A DNA stretch of 64,000 bases from Vicinamibacteria bacterium (GTDB taxonomy: Bacteria > Acidobacteriota > Vicinamibacteria > Marinacidobacterales > Marinacidobacteraceae): the NCBI GenBank assembly GCA_964291235.2, contig OZ219815.1:1216001-1280000 (forward strand). Direction: 5' to 3'. A program made the position numbers and the translations under genes. The notes beneath the pieces are model-generated. The model searched no databases and had not been told where the DNA came from. It saw only the letters and a list, made by a program, of their open reading frames with translations. Positions 8,507-17,532 of the stretch are shown here, in pieces. The stretch's first letter is position 1. Each line of letters opens with the position of its first letter.

Positions 8507-9808
8507 TCAGGGGGTGGGAAAGAGCGCGTCGCTGGTGAACCAGATGCGGAGCCGGTGGCCGGCCCGGATCGTCACTTCGGGGAGGCGGTTCAGGAAGCGG
8601 CGCATGATCTGCTGGCCGCCGGCGGCGGTTCCCTGGCTGACGCCGGACTGGAAGCCGGGGAACCCGCCGCCGTAGGGGCTGCCGCCGATGGCGCTGAGGC
8701 CGCTCATGACGCCGACCGCTCCGGCGGCGAGGAACGTGGAGAAGTAGTGGCGGTCCACCTGGTCGCTGAGGGCGCCTGCGCCGATCTGGTTGAGGGCCTG
8801 GAAGCGGAGGGGGACGTGGCGGCCGTCCGGGAGGATGACGCGGTGGAAGCCGACTGCGAGGCTGTCCTGGTCCTGGCCGCGGACGGGTTGCGCGGTGCCT
8901 AGGAAGCGGCTCCCGCGGGGGATGAGGACGCGCTGCCGGTCGACCGAGTAGAAGGGGACGGCGACGAGCGCCAGCACCGGGGAGGGGAAGTCGCCGGAGA
9001 GCTGGTTCACGAGGACGGCTTCCACGAGCGAGCCTTCGTGGATCCGTTCCCAGCCGGGTGGGTCCGGAGGGAGCGTGAAGCGCGGCGGGTCGTCGTAGTC
9101 GGGGAGTTGGCGGGAGTCGGGGAGCGCCACGTCGAGTGCGCCGGGCGCCGGGGCGTAGCCGTCGCCGGCGGTCCCGCCCTGGTTGATGGCGTCCAGCAGC
9201 GCGTCCGCCGAGCGGGCGGTGCTGGCTACGAGCGGGTGGAGCGAGGGGTCCGCGAGGCCTTGGCCGTCCCTGACGGAGGGCTGGAGCAGGTGGGGCGCCG
9301 GCTGTAGTGGCCGGCCACCGGCCGGGTCGTCGCGGGAGGTGTGCGCCACGGGTTCTGCCCGGAGGGAGCGGACGCGGCGTGCGATTTCCTCAAGCCGGAG
9401 GTCTTCGCGCAGCTCGGCCTCGGCCGCCGAGAGTGCTTCGCCGGTGTCGGGATCGATGACGGGGTCCCGCGGCGGGGCGTCGGGATCGGCGACGGGTCCC
9501 CGGATCGCGTCGCGGATGCGCTGCCGGGTCTGTTCCCGTTCGCTGGCGCGGCGCTGGGAGGTGTCGAGGCGCTGCTGTTGCTCGATCTCGGTCTGAAGCC
9601 GCCGGGTCATGCCGCCATCGCTGACCGGTTGCTGCGCAGGGTCTGCCCCGGAATCGCTGGCGGCGTCCTCGGGGTCGTCGCCGGTGAGCACGGTGCTGAG
9701 GACCAGGGCCATGACCAGGACGCCGAGCAGGACGACGGCGGCCTTGGTGGTCAGGTTCGCGGGCAGGGCGCCCGCGGGCCGCGTGGCGATGGACTTCCAG
9801 TCAGGCAT
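8507..9808 (-). CDS. virB10: VirB10/TrbI-family protein
   Basis: EGSLVEAVLVN, VLIPRGSRFLG, RVILPDG, QVDRHY, TIRAGHR motifs. Confidence 0.9.
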   Translation of the reverse strand: MPDWKSIATRPAGALPANLTTKAAVVLLGVLVMALVLSTVLTGDDPEDAASDSGADPAQQPVSDGGMTRRLQTEIEQQQRLDTSQRRASEREQTRQRIRDAIRGPVADPDAPPRDPVIDPDTGEALSAAEAELREDLRLEEIARRVRSLRAEPVAHTSRDDPAGGRPLQPAPHLLQPSVRDGQGLADPSLHPLVASTARSADALLDAINQGGTAGDGYAPAPGALDVALPDSRQLPDYDDPPRFTLPPDPPGWERIHEGSLVEAVLVNQLSGDFPSPVLALVAVPFYSVDRQRVLIPRGSRFLGTAQPVRGQDQDSLAVGFHRVILPDGRHVPLRFQALNQIGAGALSDQVDRHYFSTFLAAGAVGVMSGLSAIGGSPYGGGFPGFQSGVSQGTAAGGQQIMRRFLNRLPEVTIRAGHRLRIWFTSDALFPTP

Positions 9809-9862
9809 GGGGACCGCCTCTCTCGCGCGGCGTGTGTGGGTGCGGCCGGGAGCGGCGGACGG

Positions 9863-10747
9863 TCACGGCAGGGGGTCCGGGGGCGTGAAGCGCCAGCGGG
9901 CGCGCTCCTTGCCGAGTTGCAGCCAGCCTTCGCCGACGATGCGGCGCACGATGTAGAGGCCGCTTTCGGTGAGGTCGTAGGGGACGAGCGAGGGTTCGCC
10001 GTCCTTGCGCTCGTAGAGCGCGGGGGATTCCTGGGCGCGGCTGCGGAGGTAGGTGAACTGGCCGTCGTGCCACATGGCCTCGACGAGGAACGGCCACTCG
10101 CGGGCCTTCTTGTCGAGGGTGTAGGGGAACTCGATCCGGAGCGGGTAGCGGGCGCGGAAGTCGTCGATCTCCTCCGCGGCCGCTTCGCGGGCGGCGGTGA
10201 CCTGCTGTTCGGCGGCGGTCCGCGTCGCCTGGGCCTCGGCGCGGGCCTCGGTGGCCATCGTCTGGTAGGACTGGATGCGGGACCGCGCGACGAAGGCGGG
10301 CCGGTGCGCGCCGCGGCGGGGCGGTCCGGCAAGGTCGCCGGTCCCGTCGCCGGCGCCGGGATCGTGGAAACGCACGACGAGGTGCGGGTCGAGGTCCGTG
10401 GACTCGGCGACGAGGAAGCTGTAGATCCGCCCGGACTCGCAGACGAGGGCGATGTTGGTCTCCACGTCCGCCGAGACCGGCTTCAGGAAGGCGACGTTGG
10501 CGCTGCCCGTGAGGTGCCAGTACTCGGCATCGCCGACGACGTAGTCGAGGATGGTTTCGCGGGCCGGCAGCGTGATGACGGTGGTGTGCCGGACGCGCGC
10601 CTGGAGCCGCCAGACGGTGTCCTCCGGGGTGTCGTCCAGCCGGAGGATGTGGGAGTCCTGGGCGACGGCGGGCGCCAGGGGACACGCGAGGGCAAGGACG
10701 AGCGCGGCGGCGGGGCGCCGCGGAGGGATCGGGAAAGGAATGACCAT
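9863..10747 (-). CDS. virB9: VirB9/TrbG-family outer membrane core protein
   Basis: Signal peptide, TVITLP.ETI..VGD, AFLKP, TNI, WHDGQFTYL, PALY motifs. Confidence 0.85.
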   Translation of the reverse strand: MVIPFPIPPRRPAAALVLALACPLAPAVAQDSHILRLDDTPEDTVWRLQARVRHTTVITLPARETILDYVVGDAEYWHLTGSANVAFLKPVSADVETNIALVCESGRIYSFLVAESTDLDPHLVVRFHDPGAGDGTGDLAGPPRRGAHRPAFVARSRIQSYQTMATEARAEAQATRTAAEQQVTAAREAAAEEIDDFRARYPLRIEFPYTLDKKAREWPFLVEAMWHDGQFTYLRSRAQESPALYERKDGEPSLVPYDLTESGLYIVRRIVGEGWLQLGKERARWRFTPPDPLP

Positions 10748-10751
10748 GGGG

Positions 10752-13175
10752 CTAACTCCGTTGTTCGGCGAGGTGGGCGAGGCCGCGGCGGAGGCCGTGG
10801 GCCTCGATGGCCCGGGCGCGGCGCGCGGCGTCCACCGGGGAGGACGTGTAGAGCCAGTAGCTCTCGGGATCGACGTTGAGCCGGACCACGCCCGCCGACT
10901 GGGCGCGGCGCAGATACAGCTCCTGCTTCGGGACGAGCTGGCGGATCGTCGCCATCTCCGTCGGGTTCAGCTGGAAGATGTCGGCGACGGCCGCCGGGAG
11001 GTCCGGGTTGGCGAGGAAGAGCTTGGTCGGGATGGACTCGAGCAGGCCCTGGGCGGCCGTGGAGGCCGTCACGTCCACCGCGGACTGCGTGGCGAGGACG
11101 AGCGCGGCGTTGCGCTTCCGCCAGGTCTTCGCCGCCTCCGCCAGGTAGGCGAGGACCGACGGGTCGTTCAGGTAGCGCCAGGCTTCGTCGACCACCATGA
11201 GCTTCACGCGAGCCGCTTCGGCCGGGTTGTCGAGCGCGAGGCGCATCCGCTCCAGGAGGTAGAAGAGGGCCGCTTCGCAGAGGTCCTCGTGTTCCGCGGC
11301 GCCGGCGAGGTCGATCACCTGCCAGTCGGCGAGCTGAAGTTCCTCGGCGGCGGGGTTGTCGAAGTAGGCGGCCCACGCCCCGTCGCCGTACCAGCGGCTC
11401 ATCGCCGGCCACATCCGTTTCGGAAGCGACTTGACGAAGGCGGAGAGCGAGCGGGCGTCCGGCTCGAAGGCATAGAGGTCCTCGATCCGGGCGCGGATCT
11501 CGGAGGGGTCGGCGCCGGAGGGCTCGTAGCCGCCGATCCGCAGCAGCCGGGTGATCCAGCCGGTGAGGAACTGGTACGTCCGCTCGCCGGGCGGCAGGGT
11601 GAACGGCTTGAGAGCCAGCGCGCCGTCGGCGCGGTCGGGGGCGAGCTGGAGGTAGCCGCCGCCGAGGAACTGGGTGAGCCAGCGGTAGGAGCCGCCGAGG
11701 TCCAGCACCAGGACGCGCGGGGCGTACTGGAGGCTCTGGACCAGCAGATAGTTGAGCAGGAAGCTCTTGCCCGCGCCGGTGGCTCCCAGGATCAGCGTGT
11801 GGCCCACGTCGCCGGCGAAGAGGTCGTAGAAGAAGGGGGTGCGCCACCGCGTCTCGAAGGTGGCGAGGACGGGCTTCGAGAGGTGGCGGCTGATGGGCTC
11901 GCCCTTCGGTGGGCCGAAGAGGGGCGCGAGGCAGGCGGCGACGCCCGCGCTCGCGAACACGCTGCGGATCTGGCGCCGGCGCGGCATGGCCGGCATCCGG
12001 GCGAACCAGGTGGGGAGCTGGCCGTAGCCTTCGCGGATGACCTTGGCGTCGCAGCCGGCGAAGATCCGGCGGAGTTCCGCGTCCAGGCGCTCGGTCTCGC
12101 TCAGTTCGCCGTGGAGGGCGACGGTGAGCGACAGGTCGCCGTAGGCGATGCCGTCCGCCTCCAGTTCCACGAGCGCGGAGCCGAGCCGCGAGGACTCGGC
12201 CTCGGCCGCCGTGTCCACCATCGCGTTCGCGGAGCCTTCGGCCTCCTGGACGTGCGCCATCATCGAGTAGCGCTTCTGGAAGTAGTGGCGCTGCGCGCTG
12301 CGGATCCGGCGCCGCGCCGCTTCGAGCGACTGCGGCCGCCATTCGAGCGTGATGGTGAGCCGGGCTTCGAGCCGGTTGAGTTCTTCGAGGAGGTTGGCCC
12401 GGGCGGTGACGGGGGGCGCGTTGAGCGAGTAGAGGATCACCGGCTCGCCGTCGAGCCGGAGGTGGCTGCGTTCGGCTTCGAGTTCCGACAGCGCGAGCCG
12501 CCAGTTGAGGCCGCTGGCGGCGCCGTCCCCGTGCCAGGGGAGTCCGGGCCGGTTCACCAGCTCGGAGAGGAAGGCGGTTGCCTCGGTCGCGGACAAGACG
12601 GTGAGCGGGGTCACGTCGTCGGCGAGCGCGGCGCTCGCGTCTACGAGTTGCCGGAAGCGGATGGCCGCCTGCCGGAGTTCGGCGGCGAGGTAGGCGCTCT
12701 CGTGGGGGTTGCGGCGCGCGCGGAGCCAGTTGCGGGCGTAGTCCACGAGCCACGGACCGCCGCTCGGGCCGTGGGCCGCCGCCTGCTCGAGGCCGGGGTT
12801 CGTGGACCAGACGACGTACGTCTGGAGATCCTGGATGCGCGGCAGGAGGAAGGCGCGGCGGTTCTCCTGGGAGAGCTGCGCGACGCCTTCGAGGCCCTCG
12901 GGCGCGAGCAGCGAAGCGGGCCGGCGGAGCAGGTAGAAGTAGAGCCGCGTGCGGGGGTCGAGCCCGGAGAGGACCCGCTGCCAGCGGCCGAGGATCTGGT
13001 CGAGCTGGTCCGGGGTCCGGCCGTCGATCACGGCCGGCGCCATCCGGGCGACGCAGAAAAGCTCGCCGGCGCGGGTGAGGCAGAAGGGCTGCTGCCGGAG
13101 CCAGCCCCAGTACGGCAGCTCGTCGGCGAGCGCGCCGGCCGCCTGGAAGTCCTGCTGCTCGACCCTGATGTTCAT
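10752..13175 (-). CDS. virB4: VirB4 ATPase
   Basis: GHTLILGATGAGKS Walker A, VVDEAW Walker B, RKRNAALVLATQS. ATG at 13175 overlaps the virB3 stop. Confidence 0.92.
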   Translation of the reverse strand: MNIRVEQQDFQAAGALADELPYWGWLRQQPFCLTRAGELFCVARMAPAVIDGRTPDQLDQILGRWQRVLSGLDPRTRLYFYLLRRPASLLAPEGLEGVAQLSQENRRAFLLPRIQDLQTYVVWSTNPGLEQAAAHGPSGGPWLVDYARNWLRARRNPHESAYLAAELRQAAIRFRQLVDASAALADDVTPLTVLSATEATAFLSELVNRPGLPWHGDGAASGLNWRLALSELEAERSHLRLDGEPVILYSLNAPPVTARANLLEELNRLEARLTITLEWRPQSLEAARRRIRSAQRHYFQKRYSMMAHVQEAEGSANAMVDTAAEAESSRLGSALVELEADGIAYGDLSLTVALHGELSETERLDAELRRIFAGCDAKVIREGYGQLPTWFARMPAMPRRRQIRSVFASAGVAACLAPLFGPPKGEPISRHLSKPVLATFETRWRTPFFYDLFAGDVGHTLILGATGAGKSFLLNYLLVQSLQYAPRVLVLDLGGSYRWLTQFLGGGYLQLAPDRADGALALKPFTLPPGERTYQFLTGWITRLLRIGGYEPSGADPSEIRARIEDLYAFEPDARSLSAFVKSLPKRMWPAMSRWYGDGAWAAYFDNPAAEELQLADWQVIDLAGAAEHEDLCEAALFYLLERMRLALDNPAEAARVKLMVVDEAWRYLNDPSVLAYLAEAAKTWRKRNAALVLATQSAVDVTASTAAQGLLESIPTKLFLANPDLPAAVADIFQLNPTEMATIRQLVPKQELYLRRAQSAGVVRLNVDPESYWLYTSSPVDAARRARAIEAHGLRRGLAHLAEQRS

Positions 13176-13462
13176 TCGAGGATGTCGACGTGCCAGCCGC
13201 TCGGCTTGCCGGGGTCGTAGCGGACCCTGCCGGCGGCGCTTGCGGCGACGATGGAGAGCATCTGCGGGTCCTTCCGCCAGGCCCACCAGCCCGACGCGTA
13301 GAGCGTCGAGAAGATGAGCGCGCCGGTGACGAGCGAGTTCAGGGCGTTCCACATCGCCAGCCCGAGGCTGAGCGACAGCAGGAACCACCGGCGCTCGACC
13401 CCGAGGATGGTGAGCGGCCGGCTGAGCGCGGGGTGGCCGTGCCACGGTCTGGATCCGGTCAA
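13172..13462 (-). CDS. virB3: VirB3/TrbD-family protein
   Basis: ALSRPLTILGVER and KDP motifs, two TMs. Confidence 0.85.
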   Translation of the reverse strand: MTGSRPWHGHPALSRPLTILGVERRWFLLSLSLGLAMWNALNSLVTGALIFSTLYASGWWAWRKDPQMLSIVAASAAGRVRYDPGKPSGWHVDILE

Positions 13463-13471
13463 GGCGCGCCC

Positions 13472-13762
13472 TCAGAAGAGCCAGGTCAGGAAGTTGGCGG
13501 CGCCCATCGCCATCCCGAGCCCGAAGATGATCCCGGCGAGCGCCTTCTTGGAGCCGCCTTCCCCGAAGGCGAACATGAGGCCGCCGATCACGATGGCGAT
13601 GAGCGACAGGCCGCGGGCGATGGGGCCGGTGAAGGCGTTCTGGAGGACCTGGATGGCGTCGAGCCAGGGGCTGACGCCCTGGGCGAGCGCGGTGGCCGGC
13701 AGGAAGAGGGCGATGGCCGCCGCGGCCGATGCGATGGCGAGTCGGCGCGTGGTGGGGGTCAT
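13472..13762 (-). CDS. virB2: VirB2/TrbC pilin
   Basis: Signal (ALA/Q), SPW...FTGPIARGLSLIAIVIGGLMFAFGE; AGGAG RBS. Confidence 0.9.
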   Translation of the reverse strand: MTPTTRRLAIASAAAAIALFLPATALAQGVSPWLDAIQVLQNAFTGPIARGLSLIAIVIGGLMFAFGEGGSKKALAGIIFGLGMAMGAANFLTWLF

Positions 13763-13786
13763 GGGGATGCTCCTGTAGGGGGTTCG

Positions 13787-14104
13787 TTAGTCGGCGAAAT
13801 CACCGTGCTCCTGGTCGTGGAGGCGGCGGGCGAGTTCGGGATCGCCGTCGCCGCGGCGGACGGACCGCTCCACGAGGTCCACCTTCCGGCCCACGTCGTA
13901 GAGGCCGAGACTCCGGAGGACTCCGGCCAGGGCGACGACGATGGCGAGGACCGCGGAGCCGGCGTAGAGGGCGACGGGCCACCAGTGCTCGGTGAGGATC
14001 AGCCGGCGGTGCGGCCCGAGGTAGTCGAAGCGGGCGGCGGCCACGAAGACGAGGGAGGCCGTGACGGCGACGGTGAGGCCGAGGCTCACTTTCCAGGGGT
14101 GCAT
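13787..14104 (-). CDS. Two-TM membrane protein upstream of the pilin (105 aa)
   Basis: MHPWKVSLG... with two hydrophobic helices and a charged tail; co-oriented; start uncertain. Confidence 0.55.
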   Translation of the reverse strand: MHPWKVSLGLTVAVTASLVFVAAARFDYLGPHRRLILTEHWWPVALYAGSAVLAIVVALAGVLRSLGLYDVGRKVDLVERSVRRGDGDPELARRLHDQEHGDFAD

Positions 14105-14216
14105 GAGGTCCGGGTGGTGGCGCCCCGGCGGAGGGTGGAGAGGCGCCAGACGCACGAGCAGGCCGCGAACCAGGCGAGCGGTCCGGGCGAGGGGGGACAG
14201 AGGCCGTCGAACATCG

Positions 14217-15143
14217 TCAGATTTCGAAGAGGTCGGACGGCGGCCGGTTCGATCCGCCCCGGGCGTTGGTATCGGGACCGGTGGCGGCCTTCCCGGCGCG
14301 GATGGCGTACTGGACGATGTTCCGGGCCGCCCTGCCGTTCGAGCCGAAGAGGGCGAAGCCGGCCGCGGCCTTCGCGGCGACGGCTCCCCGGCTGTAGTGC
14401 TCGGATACGACTTCGATGTTGACGCGCCCGAAGGTGTCGCGGCCTGCCTCGTCGGTGAAGGTGTATTCCACCTGGGCGTCGGGGAAGGCGACCTTGCCGT
14501 CCGGGCCGATGGGGAGCTGGTATTCACCGGCGGCGCGCCGGCGTTCCGCGTCGGCGGCCGCTCTGCCGGCGCGTACCCGGGCGGCTTCGCTGCGCCGGGC
14601 GACGATCCCGCGGAGTTCGCCGTCGAGGCGGATGCGCCTTGCCGTGGCTCCCCGGGCCGTGAGTTCCTCGCGGGCCGTGCGGACGGCGCGGTAGATCGCC
14701 ACGTCGTGCGCGCCGTCCCGGGACCTGCCCCACCCGGAGTGGAAGACCTGGGTCGCGTCGAAGCCGTGACGTTCGGCGGCCATCTGTGCGCGGCGCGCGC
14801 CCTCCCCGGTCGCGGCGAGGGTCTTGAACGAGCCGCCATCGGGCGCGGTCGCCGTGCGCTCTTCGAGGAGGCCCTGCGCGATCAACTTGTCGATCGCCCG
14901 CCGGGCGGCGTAGGGATGGCCGTCGAACTGAGCGGCCACCATGTCCTTGTAGGCGACGGTCCCGTGGATGCTCACGTCCACGAGCGCCGCTTCGCTGCGG
15001 GTGCGGCCGGGGCGGGGATCGCCCTGCTTGCGGGCTTCCTGCCGATGGCCGGAGCGCCGCCGGGCGTCGGGCCGGACGGCGACCTCCGGCGTCTGGGGGC
15101 GGGGGTCGGGCCTGCGGGCGCTCATGGCGAAGCGGTCACTCAT
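14217..15143 (-). CDS. wHTH + PD-(D/E)XK protein, Replic_Relax/MOBC-like candidate relaxase
   Basis: wH-like ARRAIDKLIAQGLLEE..LAATGEG, AHDVAIY, FPDAQVEY...VNIEVVSEHY...K. Confidence 0.55.
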   Translation of the reverse strand: MSDRFAMSARRPDPRPQTPEVAVRPDARRRSGHRQEARKQGDPRPGRTRSEAALVDVSIHGTVAYKDMVAAQFDGHPYAARRAIDKLIAQGLLEERTATAPDGGSFKTLAATGEGARRAQMAAERHGFDATQVFHSGWGRSRDGAHDVAIYRAVRTAREELTARGATARRIRLDGELRGIVARRSEAARVRAGRAAADAERRRAAGEYQLPIGPDGKVAFPDAQVEYTFTDEAGRDTFGRVNIEVVSEHYSRGAVAAKAAAGFALFGSNGRAARNIVQYAIRAGKAATGPDTNARGGSNRPPSDLFEI

Positions 15144-15153
15144 TGCGAAGCGG

Positions 15154-16188
15154 TCACCGCCCCGGGGTCATGCTCGGCGCGGCGCGTTCCGGCGCCGGCC
15201 GCGGCGGCGCCGCCGGGGCGCGCTCGGGAGCGGCCTGGGCGTTGGGGTGCCGGGCCTCCCGCGCCAGGTCGCGGAGTTGGTCGCGCGCGGGCCGGAGCAG
15301 GGTCTTCGAGATGCGGTCGGCCTCGGCGGCCGCCCGGTGGATCTCGCGGGGGTCGGCCTTCAACGCCTTCACCCACAGGTCCTTGTAGGCTTCGGAGTCG
15401 GTGGGTTGATAACCGACCCCGACGCGCTGCGCGGTCGTCATGGTGGCGAGTTCGACGCGGAGGTGCTCGCGTCCGTGAGCCTCGCCGTCGAGTCCTTCCG
15501 AGTGCGCCTGCCTGAAGGTCTCCCGGTTCATCCGGTCCTCGTGGCCGGAGGCGTGCGCCATGTGTCGGAACGCGGTGTTGTAGTACGTGTCCGCGCTCGA
15601 GAAGCGGCCGCGCTCCGGGATGACGATGCGGTCCTCGTCCTTGACGTAGTAGCCGAGGTCGCCGGGGGACTCCTTCACGGGGACCGCGGAACCGGCGATC
15701 ACGATGTCCGCCGCGCGGTGCGCGTGCCATTCGGCCCGCTGCGGCGGGCGGTCCAGCTTGAGGCCGCGCGTCTGCTCCACGTTGTAGACCGTCGTCGTGC
15801 GCCAGACGGGCTTCTTGCCGGTGTCGTCGCGGTAGAGGATCCGTTCGCCGACCGCGCCGCGGACCAGCTTCCCGTCGTTCTCGCGGAGCTGCTTCTTGGA
15901 GATCCAGCGGTTGTCGGTGAAGCCGCGGTCCTGGGCCCGGGAGGCCAGGTAGAGGGAGTTGCCGCCGGTGTACCGCCGGCCCGTGATGGCGTTCCGGGGG
16001 AGGACGGGCTCTCCGGCCTTCGCGTCGCGTTGCCACGGCGCGGTGCCGGCCTCGATCTGCTTGATGACGGTCGCCACGAACTTCTCGTGGTACCGGGACG
16101 GGGCGGCGATGCCGGTGGCCACCTCGGCGCCGCGTCGGGGCGATGCGTCGGCGCCGCGTCGCGGCGCGTTGCTCTGGGCTTCTGCCAT
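15154..16188 (-). CDS. ardC: ArdC-like protein with degenerate metallopeptidase motif
   Basis: GTAPW, PRNAITGRRYTGGN, VYNVEQ, IVIPERGRF; HExxH position reads FRHMAHASGH. Confidence 0.85.
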   Translation of the reverse strand: MAEAQSNAPRRGADASPRRGAEVATGIAAPSRYHEKFVATVIKQIEAGTAPWQRDAKAGEPVLPRNAITGRRYTGGNSLYLASRAQDRGFTDNRWISKKQLRENDGKLVRGAVGERILYRDDTGKKPVWRTTTVYNVEQTRGLKLDRPPQRAEWHAHRAADIVIAGSAVPVKESPGDLGYYVKDEDRIVIPERGRFSSADTYYNTAFRHMAHASGHEDRMNRETFRQAHSEGLDGEAHGREHLRVELATMTTAQRVGVGYQPTDSEAYKDLWVKALKADPREIHRAAAEADRISKTLLRPARDQLRDLAREARHPNAQAAPERAPAAPPRPAPERAAPSMTPGR

Positions 16189-16214
16189 GTCCGTTGCTCC
16201 TGGGGGATGGGCCG

Positions 16215-17297
16215 TCAGCGGCTCGGCGAGAGAGCCGCCGCCGCGTCGCGCGTCGGCGATGCCGGGGCCGGTGAAGGGGGCTGGCGCTCGGGCGTCGCCA
16301 TGGCGGCTACCGCCTGCGGTTCCCTGGCGATCGCGTCCAGGCGTTCGCGCGCGGGGCTGATGAGGTAGCGGGAGATGCGGTCGGCTTCGCCGGCGGCGCG
16401 GTGGATCTCGCGCGGATCGTTCTCAAGCGCCTTGACCCAGCTCTTGACGTAGGCGGCGCCGTTGCCGTGGCCGTCCTGCGGGGTGTGGCCGATCCCGATG
16501 CGTTCGCCGGTCATCATGGCGCTGATCTCGGCGCGGAGTTCCTCGCGGGCGTAGGCGGGGCTGCCGAAGCCGGCCTTGACGCCCTTTTGGAAGGTCTCGC
16601 GGTCCAGCCGGCTTTCGTGGCCGGAGGCGTGCGACAGCTCGTGGAGGGCCGTGGCGTAGTACTGCTCCGCGCTCGGAAACTGGGCGCGCTCCGGAAGCAC
16701 GATCTGGTCGGGCTTCGGGGCGTAGTAGGCGCGGTCGCCGGGGGAGTGCTTGATCGGAACGCCCGCTGCGTCGATCACGGCTTCCGCGGACTTGTGGGCC
16801 TGCCAGTCGGCCACCGGGGTTTCGCGTGCCGGGAGGTCGAGGCCGCGCGCCTGCTCCACGTTGAACACCGTGTAGGTGCGGACGAAGGCGCGGCCCTTGT
16901 CGTGGCGCTCGTAGACGGGCCGCCCGTCGCCATCGAGGACCTGGCGGCCTTGGCCGTCCTTCTTCGGCGAGATCTTCTTGGTGTCGAAGTAGAGGATCTT
17001 TTCGCCGTGTTCGCCCTTCTTGACGTGGCCGCCGGCCTGGGCGATCTGGCGGAAGGTGGCCCAGCGGTTGTCGCCGAACCCGCGCTCCTGGCCGGCGAGC
17101 GCGAGGTAGAGCGCATTGCCGCCCGTGTAGGGCTTGCCGCTGATGGCGTTTTCGGGCATGAAACGCTCGCCGGGCTTCCACGGCTTCTGCCACGGGGCGG
17201 TGCCGGCCTCGATCTGCCGGACGATCGAGTCGGCGAACTGGCGGTGGTACTCGCCTACGCGGTCCTTGCGGGGAGTGTCGGTATTGGGCGGGGCCAT
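16215..17297 (-). CDS. ardC: ArdC antirestriction protein (ssDNA-binding + zincin-like domain)
   Basis: GTAPWQKPW, NAISGKPYTGGN, WATFRQ, VFNVEQ, HELSHASGH, YAREELRAE. Confidence 0.92.
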   Translation of the reverse strand: MAPPNTDTPRKDRVGEYHRQFADSIVRQIEAGTAPWQKPWKPGERFMPENAISGKPYTGGNALYLALAGQERGFGDNRWATFRQIAQAGGHVKKGEHGEKILYFDTKKISPKKDGQGRQVLDGDGRPVYERHDKGRAFVRTYTVFNVEQARGLDLPARETPVADWQAHKSAEAVIDAAGVPIKHSPGDRAYYAPKPDQIVLPERAQFPSAEQYYATALHELSHASGHESRLDRETFQKGVKAGFGSPAYAREELRAEISAMMTGERIGIGHTPQDGHGNGAAYVKSWVKALENDPREIHRAAGEADRISRYLISPARERLDAIAREPQAVAAMATPERQPPSPAPASPTRDAAAALSPSR

Positions 17298-17311
17298 GGT
17301 GTGTCTCCGAA

Positions 17312-17518
17312 TCAGGCGGCGCCGTGGTCGCCGGACTCGGCGGCGAAGTCGTCGTCGGACTCCTGGCCGTCGCGGTGTTCGGGGAACCCGAAGGCCTCCG
17401 CGATCTCCACGGGGGCGACGATGGGAAGGTCGCGGTCCAGGGCGCGCGCAAACTCCGCTTCGGTATCGACGAAGAGGGCGCGTTCGCCGCTTTCGAGGGT
17501 GATTTCGGTGGTGGCCAT
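17312..17518 (-). CDS. Small highly acidic protein (68 aa)
   Basis: GGAGG RBS; 18 Asp/Glu against 4 Arg and no Lys; in the primase-ArdC run. Confidence 0.65.
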   Translation of the reverse strand: MATTEITLESGERALFVDTEAEFARALDRDLPIVAPVEIAEAFGFPEHRDGQESDDDFAAESGDHGAA

Positions 17519-17532
17519 GGAAGGTCCTCCGG

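Noticed and set aside
10551-13220. 889-aa plus-strand ORF, and similar long antisense ORFs (e.g. 5707-7404, 1564-3249, 4029-5624, 60539-62284)
   Set aside because: Shadow ORFs opposite well-supported genes in high-GC DNA; no recognisable motifs.
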